NCBI GenBank assembly: GCA_012862495.1 | Contig: BLSG01000216.1 | Coordinates: 477,455 to 522,452, forward strand | DNA: 44,998 nucleotides | From: Thraustochytrium aureum | Taxonomy: Eukaryota | Direction of reading: 5' to 3' | Shown here: piece after piece, positions 21,266-31,862 of the stretch | How positions within the stretch are numbered: the stretch's first letter is position 1 | Layout of the letters: each line of letters starts with the position of its first letter | Made by a program: the position numbers and the translations under genes | Notes under the pieces: model-generated | What the model was told of the DNA's origin: nothing | Seen by the model: the letters and a program-made list of their open reading frames with translations, nothing else | Databases searched by the model: none

Positions 21266-22348
21266 CTATGAGTCCTCCTCGCATAGATCTGCTTGATCGA
21301 TCTTCACCTGCGCTTGCCACTCCCGCCATAGCCGCTTGCGCAAGGCCTTGTCCGCGACAGCGGCGTGCGTGGGCCACACATACATGCCGGTGTCGTAAGC
21401 AGTGGCCTTTTGCAGGTTTTCTACGGCCCAAAGCCCAAGCGCCGCCCGCCGGTTCCACGTGAGCGCCGCAGGGATCGCGTACGGCCCGAGGATCGCCGTG
21501 TGCAGGTCGCCGCCGTTGCGGAACACAGACATCAGCGTGTACCTTGCGCCGAGACAGGCATCGAACCGCCGCTCAAAGCCTCCCGCGCCAGCTTTGGTGC
21601 TGCCAGTCTCGTGGATCTTGGCGTTGCGGTCTTGGAGCGGCACGCCGATCGCAGACCTCACCATTCCCGGGGCAAAGGCTTGCACCAAGACCTCCGAGCC
21701 GACCTCTCGGAGCCGGTCGCCAAGCTCGGCAGCGAAAACGTTCAGGGCAAGCTTGGAGGTTGCGTACGCGTCGAGCGCCTCCTGCGTGCTTCCAGCGAAC
21801 TGGACAGGGTCCGCGAGGCGGGCAGCGTCCCCGGCAAACTGCAACACGCTGCTTGTGAAGGCGATGCGGCCTGGCATGGTGGACGACTCAACTTGGCCCA
21901 GCAAGAGTTGGCAAAGCAGGAACGGCCCAAGGCAGTTTGCGGTGTAGAGCAAATCGAGCCCAGAGCTCGGGCTGACGGCGTCGCCCACGAAGCCTGTGTA
22001 GGCCATCCCGCTGTTGAGGAACAGCATGTCGACCGCGTCGAACTGAGCGCGGATTTTTCTTGCCAACGCCCGCACCTGACTCAGGTCGCTCATGTCGGCG
22101 GCGATCCCGACGACCTTTCCTTGCCGCTTTGGCTTGCTGGCCTTGCTGCTGGAGCGCGCTGCTGCTGCAACCTTGGCGAGTTGGCCAACGACTTGGTCGC
22201 ACCTCGCCTGAGTCCTGCCAGTGACGACGACTGTCCCATTGCGCTCAACGATCAGCTTGGCGAGCTCCAGGCCAATGCCGCTCGTCGACCCAGTCACTAC
22301 AGCGACTCTGGCGTCGAGGGACCGCGGGAGCGCACCCTCGACCCACAT
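21266..22348 (-). CDS. Short-chain dehydrogenase/reductase (retinol dehydrogenase/WWOX-like)
   Basis: VAVVTGSTSGIG Rossmann motif, ADMSDLSQV, LFLNSG, NCLGPFLL, catalytic YATSK and APGMVRS. ATG at 22348. Confidence 0.92.
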   Translation of the reverse strand: MWVEGALPRSLDARVAVVTGSTSGIGLELAKLIVERNGTVVVTGRTQARCDQVVGQLAKVAAAARSSSKASKPKRQGKVVGIAADMSDLSQVRALARKIRAQFDAVDMLFLNSGMAYTGFVGDAVSPSSGLDLLYTANCLGPFLLCQLLLGQVESSTMPGRIAFTSSVLQFAGDAARLADPVQFAGSTQEALDAYATSKLALNVFAAELGDRLREVGSEVLVQAFAPGMVRSAIGVPLQDRNAKIHETGSTKAGAGGFERRFDACLGARYTLMSVFRNGGDLHTAILGPYAIPAALTWNRRAALGLWAVENLQKATAYDTGMYVWPTHAAVADKALRKRLWREWQAQVKIDQADLCEEDS

Positions 22349-22882
22349 AGCCCCGCAGCTCGACTGCCGGTCGGGCCGCTCGCGATGCCTAGTCGCGCAG
22401 AGTGTGCGGCGCCGCGGTAGCGAGCCCGTCGCCCGGTTGCCTGGCCCCAGCTGGACCGACCGGCCTGCGCTGCAGCCGCGCTCGAGGCAGGTCTGTAACC
22501 TGGTCTTCAACTCGGCTGGCGGTGTCGCCTGCGATGTGACGCGAATGGGGTGCTTGCTTGGCCGTCGCACACCATGTCAATGGTGAAATCAAGGTGCAAN
22601 NNNNNNNNNCAAGGGTCTGGCTGCTGCCCCGGGCGCGGTGTAGCTGATGAGCGAAGGAATGCGGTGCAGGCCTTGTCAATTCACGCTCAGTTTTGTTTCC
22701 ATGCAAGGTTGTTCAGCGGCGAGCAAGAGCCTGAGGTGGCAAGCGCGCCGTTGCCCAACTCAACTGAGCGCTCGGAACACCTTCAAGCCCTCATGGTCAG
22801 AGGAGCCGAGTACTCTACGCCTTCTTGTGGGTGCCGCGCGCCATGGCTCTGAGCGCGAGGAGGGAACGGCCCTGGCGTTGAT

Positions 22883-24376
22883 CTACGACTCGGCGTCCGG
22901 CTCGTCGTCGTCGCCGACAGGAACGCGGATCCGATCGTCGACTTCCTTGGCCTTCTTGCGCGCCTTCGCGATCGTCTTGTCGACTTTGGCCTCGTTTCGG
23001 CGCAAGAACGGTGCAATGCGCGTCTTGTAAAGGTACAGGGCGCCGCGCGACGAGGGGCTCTGCAGCCAGATCAGGAAGACAGCCTTCAAGAAGAAGATGA
23101 GCACGCCGTAGACGGGGTTGAGGAGCTTGATGGCCCGCAAGAGCGTCTCCTCAATCACCGTGAAAACGCCGAAGACGCACCAGTACGTCAGCCACTGGGT
23201 GTCGTCGTCTTTCTCAACGCTTTCAATGGCCTTGAAGCTCATGTAGCTTGGGTACAGAAACCCGATGAGCAGGCTGAGCAGGCCAGGGCCAGCCACGAGC
23301 AGAATCGCCAACGCGACCGCCGCGACCACGCCGTACGCGCTCATAGCCACCACTGTGCGCGGAATGCCAGTTATCTTGGAGATTTTCACCACGAAATCAG
23401 GCGCGTTGTGCTCGAGCTCACCTTCCATGTGCAAGTAGACGCTTTTGAGTTGGGTGACGATGTCGCCATTCTGGAACGACTGGAGGTTCTTCATCGACAG
23501 CTGCGACGGGAGGCCGCGAACTGCCTCCTTGCTCTCGTCGTAGGCTGCGTTGATGAACCGCACCTCCAGACTGACGCGGCCCGCGGGCAAGAAATCCGGG
23601 TCCGTGAGCTCGACCGTGAGCTCGGCTACCTGGTCCGGGCTGGCGCGAAAGTTGACGACGCGCGAGTTGAGCTCTACTGCGCCGGTCCCGATGAGGCGGT
23701 CCTTGCGCGTGTACTCTTTGTCAAAGCACTCGATCAGGAGCCGCGGGGATTCCTCGCCCATGTAGTCGAACGTGAGCACGTTCTTCTTCTTCCAGACGGG
23801 GTTTACCCCACTCGCCACCTTGGTCTCGCGCGTCTGGCGCTTCTTGTCGTCCTCGCACGGCAGCAGCGTCGCGCGAACGTAGGGGTCCTGCTCGATGTAG
23901 CGCTGGAGGTTTTTCAGGTTGCTCGCGCTGAGGATCTTGGCCTCCACCTGACCAACAAGCTCCACTTGAAACGTCATGTACAGCGTGCCAGCGTCCTTGC
24001 CCTTGGCGTCAAGGAGACTGAGTGTCATCTCCTGCTCCGTGTCGCCCAGCGCAATCCACTTGGTGAGGTCCACTGTCGTTCCGCCGATGAGGCGGGCCGC
24101 GCGCGTTACCTCGGCGTCCATCACTTTAACATCCAGCACAGCGTGCTTGGGCGGAACGGGTCGTCCGGGATAGGGGAGTCGCATCACCGACTTGTGCTTC
24201 TTGGGGTCCCAGTTCGGGTTGACCCCAGACGCCGCTTTGGTCTTGGCTTCGTCGCCCCACGGTAGAAGCTGGAGCTGGACGAAGGGGTCCTGGTCGATCA
24301 TCATCTGCAGGTTCTTCAGTCCTTCGGCGCGCACCGCCGTGAAACGAAGCGTCGCGCAGGCATTGTTGGACACCAT
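22883..24376 (-). CDS. Tandem C2 domains fused to a TB2/DP1/HVA22 (REEP/Yop1) membrane domain, 497 aa
   Basis: Two C2 repeats (LKNLQ..DQDPFVQL...GVNPNW...VMDAE...LIG and LKNLQ..EQDPYVRA...GVNPVW...CFDKE...DRLIG). REEP signature LIGFLYPSYMSFKAIESVEKDDDTQWLTYWCVFGVFTVIE...FLIWLQSPSSRGALYLYKTRIAPFL. Confidence 0.9.
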   Translation of the reverse strand: MVSNNACATLRFTAVRAEGLKNLQMMIDQDPFVQLQLLPWGDEAKTKAASGVNPNWDPKKHKSVMRLPYPGRPVPPKHAVLDVKVMDAEVTRAARLIGGTTVDLTKWIALGDTEQEMTLSLLDAKGKDAGTLYMTFQVELVGQVEAKILSASNLKNLQRYIEQDPYVRATLLPCEDDKKRQTRETKVASGVNPVWKKKNVLTFDYMGEESPRLLIECFDKEYTRKDRLIGTGAVELNSRVVNFRASPDQVAELTVELTDPDFLPAGRVSLEVRFINAAYDESKEAVRGLPSQLSMKNLQSFQNGDIVTQLKSVYLHMEGELEHNAPDFVVKISKITGIPRTVVAMSAYGVVAAVALAILLVAGPGLLSLLIGFLYPSYMSFKAIESVEKDDDTQWLTYWCVFGVFTVIEETLLRAIKLLNPVYGVLIFFLKAVFLIWLQSPSSRGALYLYKTRIAPFLRRNEAKVDKTIAKARKKAKEVDDRIRVPVGDDDEPDAES

Positions 24377-24435
24377 GCTCTCGACCTCGTCTGCCGAGCC
24401 CGCAAAAAAACGCTCTGTCGCCGGTGCAACTGCGC

Positions 24436-24475
24436 GCCGCTCCTGCTGGCTTGCCGCTCCTGCTGGCTTGCCGCT
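24436..24475. repeat. 17-bp tandem direct repeat (GCCGCTCCTGCTGGCTT x2.3)
   Basis: Read directly. Confidence 0.8.
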
Positions 24476-24746
24476 GCCGCCTGCTCTGTCCTCTCGCGCA
24501 ATCGGAGTCTAGGTATGCGCTCGCCAGCCCTCGAGCGACGCGATCGATCGATCAATCGATTGTGTTCTGAACGCCTCCGCGTCCACAAGCTCCAAGCAAA
24601 ACAGCAAGCTCACTCACTGTCAGGCTCGCAAGAGGTGAGACAGTTTCTTTTGCTTTTTCTTGAAAAAGAGAGAGAACGAGACATGTGTTTTTTTGCACAC
24701 CGGCGTAGGTATTTACTTTGACTTCTTTGGGAGACTCGGACATCCA

Positions 24747-24764
24747 CATCATCATCATCATCAT
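24747..24764. repeat. (CAT)6 microsatellite
   Basis: Read directly. Confidence 0.8.
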
Positions 24765-24899
24765 CAGTCTCTCTCTCACCTTGACTGTGCACAGTGCACA
24801 CCCGATCCGCACTGGACACGTGTGTCCGATGCGCCGGCGAACATGCGAGCTTGACCATGGGCCTGATTGATTTTGTTGCTTGATTCCTTTGCTGGTTTG

Positions 24900-24951
24900 G
24901 CCAGGATCGAGCGCTGCCGCAGCGCCAGGATCGAGCGCTGCTGCAGCGCCA
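24900..24951. repeat. 24-bp tandem direct repeat GCCAGGATCGAGCGCTGC(C/T)GCAGC x2
   Basis: Read directly, with one mismatch between copies. Confidence 0.85.
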
Positions 24952-25118
24952 CATCGCTTTCCTTTTGGAAGCCGTGCCTTCTCGTTCCCAAGTACTTTTC
25001 AGTAGGCCTGCTATCGATGCCGTGATGTTGCCGGTTCGCGTGCGCGGCCGGCCTCAGGAGGGATAGCTGCCCCGGAGCAGAGCGCCAGGCGCATCGCGGG
25101 CCCAAGTGGCAGGGCCGT

Positions 25119-28100
25119 TTACTCCTCTATGTTTTGCAGGATGGCAGAGAGTTCTTCGTCCTCGTCACACTTGGATTGGGACTCGGCTTCCTCGACCTCA
25201 TCCCCGTCTTCATCATCCTCACCGGTCCACTGGCGCTCCCCCACTGCGCTTTGACGTTTTGAAAGGCTGCCATCTGCGACTATGTCTTCCACCGCCGCCT
25301 CTTGCAGTTCGCGGGCCTTGCGCGAGTGGTGCGCATGATGCGCATTTTGCGAGTGGGGCTCGTGACGACGATGGGCCTCGTGTGAACGGTGCTCGTGATG
25401 CGCCTTGTGCGAGTGGTCCTGATGGATGGTCTTTGTGTGGGTGGTGGTGCTCGTGGGAGTGGCGCGAATGGTGGTCTGCGACCCCGGATCTCTCAGCTCC
25501 ACCGTCCGCCTTCCTCGTTGACCACCACTGCTTATTTGGCTCTGTAGCGGCCGACACAGAAACGCCAAGCGGCTTGCGGGGTTTGGCCTGCGGCGGGCCT
25601 GCAGCTCGCATTGTTTGGTGCGTCACCGTGGAGACCAGGTTAAAGATGCCGCCTTTGACCTCTTTCTCAACGAAGAGGTGCGTCGGCTCGCGCTGCGCGA
25701 GCACAAAGACGCTGTCGACGCTGTGGACGATCGCGTCTGGCCTCGGGTTGGTGACCACGTAGGCGTGCCTGTTTCCAGCGCTTCCCAGGCCGATGCGTTT
25801 CGCGTTCACGCCGCGGCACAAACCCATGGACAATATGTTCATGTCTTCGAGTAAATGCGAGAAGAGGTCGCTGTAGGAGCGGTCGTGGAAGGCATGCGGA
25901 ACCGGGATGCTGTACAAATGCCCCGGCAAGACACCTTGCAAGAACCCTTGCCATCTGCCCTCTAGTGCGGGGTCGTACTCGGGCTCGCCAGATATGAGCC
26001 GCTCAATTACGTTGAGAATCTGCCCGTTGTAGAAGGACTGGCAGATCAGAGCGTCCAAAAGCGAGGCGGTGAAAACGCAGCCAGATGCCAGCAAGCCGGC
26101 CGTGTGGCGGTCGTTCTCGTCGAGCACCTGTTTGCCGCTTTCGCTTTCATTGCCAACCGATATGTGTGCGAATGTGCTCTCTCGACGTAGCAGCGGCCTC
26201 GCTGTATTCATGGCGTCATCGTCCTTGCGCGGGCCCAGGTTGTGAGACTTGGTCTCGAGGAACACGATATTGCTCATGTTGACCACCTCTGTGATGATGT
26301 CGATCGTGGGATTGAGGCGCTTAATGCCCTGGTGGGCAAAGATTGCGTCGGCGTCCGTCACAGAGTTGAGCTCGCGCTCTTGCTCGTCGTGGATCCCACG
26401 CAGCTTATCCGCGTCCTCGGCGTCGGCTTGAGAGGCTTCGGTCGAGTCCCATGCAGAGACAACAGCACAACGGGCGTACTCGATACCGGCTCGCTTCAAA
26501 TCCGACGCGTCGAGGGCCGAGCCCTCCACGTAGTACACATCCTTGTCTGCGATGAACTTCCACACGTGTCGCGGCGGTGGCTCTGCGTTTAGAATGACGA
26601 TCGGCCACGTCTGCGTCGAGCCCCCCAGCTGCTGGTTCCGGAGTACCTCAACGAACGAGGCGAGGTTGGTGTTGGACCCGGTGAAGACGACGTGGTCGCG
26701 CACCCCCGGCTTTTCGTCCTCGAGCCTGGTTTTAATGGTCGCGTCTCTCAGTGATCGCCCAGCAAGCCCCCCAAAACCTTCCTCGCCAGCTCCACCAGAC
26801 ACTGTCCTAGCTCCGTGTTTGGGGCTTTGTGACGAGTCCGCAAGTGGGAGCTTGCCCGATGCGGGGTTGACGATTTTCATCATGGAAAAGCCCTTGTTGT
26901 TCTTCACGCGGCGAGAGTTGCCGAGTGAGGCCGCGCCGAGGCTTCCCGCTGTCCTGCTCGTACGGTGCTTTTCGATGATTGCGTGCACGCTCCCAGCAGA
27001 AGCAAGATTCACGATGTCTCTGGTGCTTGCCACGAGTTTGCCGTCGGCGCTTTTATTCGGCCCTGAGGAAGTCCTGCTCGAGAAGCTCGACGTGGTGCTT
27101 GACTTTGCCGACGTGGGTCTCATTGATCGACCGTACGCCGTGGACCCGAAAGAGCTGTGCATACTGTTCTCGGGCTGTTGGGATACGTTGAGCTTGTTGA
27201 GATCGGCACTTTCCTCGTCCAGGGCGATGACGACTGCGTAGACCTGGCTGATAGAAGGATCAGGTATGACGAAGCCGCACGGGTTTAGCAGCAGCCTCAC
27301 GTCGGTGTGGGTCTTGTTGTCCGACTCGCCGATTGGCAAGTGGATCTCGAGGCCGATGATCAAGGTCCCGGTCTCCAGGTAAATCGCGTTGACTAGCTCC
27401 TTGTAGTCAATGTTTGCAAAGGCCCTGCCGAGCCTGGTGCGGTAGATCTCAAAGTTTGATCCTTCGCGAAACTCAATTTGCCAGGGCGCACTTGGCGCGC
27501 CTTTACTGCCAGGGCCACCTTGGTCGGACGACATGATTAGGTTGGCGACCAGCGTTGCGACGCCCGGGCAGAGGCAGGACTTTGCCAGAAGATGCATCTT
27601 GATCTGGTTGATGCAGACGACAATGTCCTTGTTGTCCACGTCGCCCTCATTGGCTACCAAAGCGTGCCGGCTCGAGTTGGTTGACCTTCCGACCGGGACC
27701 GCGGCCATGTCGACGATGGAGGAGCTGCGACTCAGCCCGCTAGGAGTGGATGCATCGCCGGAGACGGTCCGCAGAAATCGCTCCTTGTTCTGCGGCCGGA
27801 TGAGCTGGATGCAGACCTTGATCTCACGGCCAGACACTTTGACCGCATGCTGTTTGATTGCAAGCGCCTTGAGCAAGCTGCTTGTGTCTGCTTTCTCGGG
27901 GTTGGTCGCAAACTTGTTTGCCAGAATGAAACTGGCCGCGGCAGACCCAGCCTGCGCCCTGTCCAGGTCCCCCTCGGAAAATACAGAGCCCTGCAAGTAG
28001 GTCACCACGAGGCCGTAGCGCTGTGACTCTATTACTGCGCGCAGGTCCGACGAGGGGGGCTCGTCCATAAGCATCACTACGTGCACGTCGATGTTGTTGG

Positions 28101-29144
28101 CGTGTCAGGGTGGAAAAACTCCCGAAGAAACTCTCGCACCCCGTCCGCGTGGACTTCGCCGCAAATCACCACGTGACGCGCGCTTCGCAATGGCTTGTAC
28201 CTATTGGTAGCGTAAACGCTCTTCTCGGAGATGAGTTTAAGGAGCGCATTCGTAGACATCGGGATGTAGATGAGCGATCCCATTATGAGCAGGACAATAA
28301 ACAGTTTGCCCAGCCGCGTTTCTGGGCGAACGTCACCGTACCCCACGGTTGAGATGGTCACAATCGTGAAATAGAAAGAGTCGTGAAAAGGCAAGAACTC
28401 GATGTGCATCTCCTCCCGAAAGAGGTTCTCCGTCGTGTACACCGTCGCGGCCGCTATGAATGAAATTGAGCACAAGTTGAGAACAAAGCGTGCTGTCTCC
28501 CGGGAGACGTCCGAGTCGTAGTATACAAAAAGGCGGTGAAGCCGTAATATCCGCAGCGCGCGGAACACTCGCATGAACTCAATCACGGGGTGCTTGAAAA
28601 AGTTCCCTTTGCGCAGGCCCGCGATGTTCACCGCGACAGGCGTGATCGTCAACACGTCCACAATACTGCTCCATGAGAGGAAAAACGCCAGTCGATTGTC
28701 CGCCACAAAGGCGCGCAGGAGCAGCTCCAGGAAGAAAGCGGAGCAAATGAATATGTCGAAAAGCGCAAACACCAACTCGAGCTCGCTCGCGTAAGTCTCC
28801 CACACGAAGAACACACACGCAATTACAGATAGAGCACCGCTGGATATGTCGATGATGAGCCCAGTCGATGTGTTGTCCAGGTACTTTCGAACGAGGAGCC
28901 GAAGCGGTACTTGGTTGCGCTGGCGGAAGCTGCTGCTTTCGGCCCCAGTACCCTGCCAGTCAAGCTCTTCATCTAGTTGCTGCTCGTCAATGTAGGCCTT
29001 GTTCCTGTCCACGCCCATGCTGCTTTCTAAAAGCAGCACGCGACGCTTCGGAGCCATTGCCCGGACTTTGTCCGCAAGTTTCATGGCAAGGCTGCCATGC
29101 TCAGGTGGCGCCTCCTTCGCCTGCTTCATCAAGGCGAGAGGCAT
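25119..29144 (-). CDS. Slo/BK-family (KCNMA1-like) K+ channel alpha subunit with two RCK domains and a His-rich tail; frame breaks at about 28104 and 25425
   Basis: S4 FMRVFRALRILRLHRL, pore FYFTIVTISTVGYGDVRP, RCK1 HVVICG..FLREFFHPD(H), YLQGSVF, LLAKSCLCPGVATLVANL, RCK2 HVVFTG, YYVEGSAL and LLASGCVFTASLLDALICQSFYN, YVVTNP. Restoring one C at 28104 gives FFHPDHANNIDVHVV. Confidence 0.93.
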
Positions 29145-29874
29145 CGTTGCTTTCCTGAGCGCCACCCTGCGCAACAGCTCGCACCACGGCGAGCGCGCTC
29201 TGGCGCTCGTGCCAGCGCGACCGAAGGCGCACGAGCTACTAGCAGATCGTACGGCTGTGGCTCGAGCGGCCGTGCAGTTGCGGCCTCGCGCAGCGAGCCG
29301 CCAACCGGACTCTGCAGTTGCTCGTGGCGTCGCCGTCGCGTCGAACTTGCAGGCCTAGCCGTTGACATAAATGAGGGCGGCACCCTGCACAACCCCTAGC
29401 ACGGCAAAACCTAAACCTCCCGGCGAAGCGTTTTCTGCGAAGCACCGCGTCGCAAGTCTCACTTGCCTGTCTGCTGCCCGCGCAGAATTGGCGCATCAAT
29501 CTTGAGTGGCGCGAGCACATCATGATCGATCACCCACCACCTGTTCTTCTGGTGTCCACAAGCGATCGAGCGCCTCCTCGCTCTTGAATGAACACCACAG
29601 AGCGCCACGTCACACAGGCGTCCACGTGACGTGCCCCGCTCCGCTGCCGATTCATCGGAACACGCTGCACGCTTACTTCATCGAAACCCGCGCCATCGGC
29701 AGTCACGGCGTAGGTAGATGCGGTGCGGGGTGTGCGCCGTGTACTTGCGCAAGCATGGTTCAAGGTGTGCGCCGGCGCGCTGGAGGCAAAAAAGCAACCC
29801 ATGAAAACAGGCAGGCGAGGCAGAGCCTGAGCGCGCGGAGGCGTTGCGGGAGGACGGCGAGAGCGCGCGAAGCG

Positions 29875-31620
29875 ATGCAAGAGTTCGCGCTGCAGTACCG
29901 CAGCCAGCTCGCGTTCTCTCTTGACCCGGCCAAGTCCCGCGAGAGGCCTGCTCGCGAATGGCCAGCTCCAGACCTGGTCGTTGTGGGTTTTGATGGGGAT
30001 GGCACGGTGACGNNNNNNNNNNNNNNNNNNNNNNNNNNNNNNNNNNNNNNNNNNNNNNNTCGGCGGGGCCGGCTCGGCCCGCAGGCCGAGGCCAGAGCGA
30101 AGGGCCGGCTGGAGGAAATGCCAGCTGTGCAAGCTGGCCTCGTTGTCGTGGAGGGGTCCACGGCGACGGGGTCGGAGGCGGGAGACCGGCCAGTCGCGGC
30201 GCCGGCTCAAGGCAGCGCGAAGGCCAAGCGCAACGGGTCGCGGCCTGGCTGGGTTGGCTCGAGCAGTGCAACGACGGGGAAGAGCCTCTTCGATGGACGC
30301 CTCCGCGGAGACGAACTGCGCCGCGAAGCGCTCCGTGAAAAACGCGAACAGCGCGCAGCGAAACGCCGAGGTGAGCAAAAGGAGAACTTGTCAAAGCTTG
30401 CCGAGTGGGACGACAGGGTCGAGAGGGCGGATCGCAAGGCAGAGGCTGGGCTCTTTGGGGCGCCGCCGCCGCTGCCGCCACGCCGAACTTCGAAGCACCG
30501 CCGCCTGGACCGCAAGCCGAAGATAAACAAGAGGCCAAAGTACCTCCCGCAGCAGGTCAAGCCGCGCGCTCCGCTTTGGGCGCCGAGGAGGCCCCCAGCG
30601 ACTAGTGCGCAACGTCTGCCCGCCGCCCGAAAGCCTCTGGGAAGCGCTGCAACTGCAAGCGGCGCGAGCGGGACGAAAGGGACGGCGCGAGAGCGCATTG
30701 GCTCGCGAGTCGCGGGGACGCCTCCGCACTCCCCGGGCTTAGGAAGGGCCGAGCCAAGCCCCCCTTCTCCTCTGGCGAGCGCATCTTCCTCCAGCATTGG
30801 CTCGCGCGTTCTAGTGCACGACCCGGACCATTCGAGCGGAGCGCAGGAGGAGGACGCGCACGCGCGCAGAGGCCCAGCGGGGGGCTGGCACCTTGGAAGC
30901 TCGGGCGCAATCGGCTTCGGCCCAAGCCCAAGCCCCGGGGCTGATGTCGAGCGGCTTGTGAGCCAAGCCATGGCCAAGCAGAGCCAAATGCTGATGGACC
31001 AGGTGCAAGAAATCGTAGAGGGCTGCGTCGCACCCCTCAGGCAAGCCAAAGCAAGAGTGCCAAGCGCGAGGCGCGGCGCAGATGCCGCAGCCGAGCCTGA
31101 TATACTTGCCGCGCGCGAGAGGGCAGCGCGGGCTGCCCAGGTCGAACTCTGGCGCCTCCAGAACGAGCGGGTTGAGCATGTAATGAAGCGCTTGGAGGAT
31201 CTCGTCGCGTCCGAGAGTCAGCTCACCAAAAAGTGGGCGCACCTTGAACGCGGCGTACCAAGCCAAACAAGTAGAGACAGCCATGGTAGAGACAGCATTG
31301 CGACCGCCGCCCCCCACGCGCCCAGTACGGGGCCGTCTGGTGCTCGCACGGTCGCTCGCTCAAGTTCTCGCGAGGCGGGCGAGTCGAGCCTGGGTAGACA
31401 CGTTCCCGGTGCGATGGAGTCAGAGATTCGCGACGGCGCCGCAGAGTTCCGCAGACACAGAGCCTTCGTCGAAGCTTCCCTGAGCGGAACTGGGCTCTCG
31501 CAGTACCAGATCGTTGCCAGTCTCGCTGACCTGTTGTATGAGTCGTATCTCACGCAAGTGTCTGGGGACGTGCTTGCGTCATGCGACGAGATCGCCGAGG
31601 GAATCTTCGCAACCGTGTAG
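29875..31620 (+). CDS. KIAA0753: Probable Moonraker/OFIP (KIAA0753)-like centriolar protein
   Basis: C-terminal block VPGAMESEIRDGAAEFRRHR...YQIVASLADLLYESYLTQVSGDVLASCDEIAEGIF matches the remembered pattern of the Moonraker C-terminal domain. It is preceded by VMKRLEDL..E.QL.KKW, has N-terminal QLAF and a disordered middle. Small in-frame gap at 30013-30059. The CDS itself is well supported; orthology is moderate. Confidence 0.55.
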   Translation: MQEFALQYRSQLAFSLDPAKSRERPAREWPAPDLVVVGFDGDGTVTXXXXXXXXXXXXXXXXRRGRLGPQAEARAKGRLEEMPAVQAGLVVVEGSTATGSEAGDRPVAAPAQGSAKAKRNGSRPGWVGSSSATTGKSLFDGRLRGDELRREALREKREQRAAKRRGEQKENLSKLAEWDDRVERADRKAEAGLFGAPPPLPPRRTSKHRRLDRKPKINKRPKYLPQQVKPRAPLWAPRRPPATSAQRLPAARKPLGSAATASGASGTKGTARERIGSRVAGTPPHSPGLGRAEPSPPSPLASASSSSIGSRVLVHDPDHSSGAQEEDAHARRGPAGGWHLGSSGAIGFGPSPSPGADVERLVSQAMAKQSQMLMDQVQEIVEGCVAPLRQAKARVPSARRGADAAAEPDILAARERAARAAQVELWRLQNERVEHVMKRLEDLVASESQLTKKWAHLERGVPSQTSRDSHGRDSIATAAPHAPSTGPSGARTVARSSSREAGESSLGRHVPGAMESEIRDGAAEFRRHRAFVEASLSGTGLSQYQIVASLADLLYESYLTQVSGDVLASCDEIAEGIFATV

Positions 31621-31862
31621 TGTATTACAATCGTGTAATTACAATCATACAAATGGCTGAGTTTTTCTGTTGATCCGCTCTCCTCGGGTTGGAATTCGGC
31701 AGCGACTCGCACGAAGCAGAGGGTTAACGGCTTCAGGAAAGCCGAGTCTGCAAGCCGCGGTGCACGGCAGCTTGAGAGACGCGCTCGCTTAGTCGTTCCG
31801 CGAGCACCGACAGAGCCTCCTGACCGTATTGGGCGTGCAGCACACGCGCGGTTCACAGCCGC

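Noticed and set aside
22883..29144. Functional Ca2+-signalling pair from adjacency of the C2-REEP and BK channel genes
   Set aside because: Only adjacency supports it, the channel lacks a canonical Ca bowl, and gene order in this window is otherwise functionally mixed.
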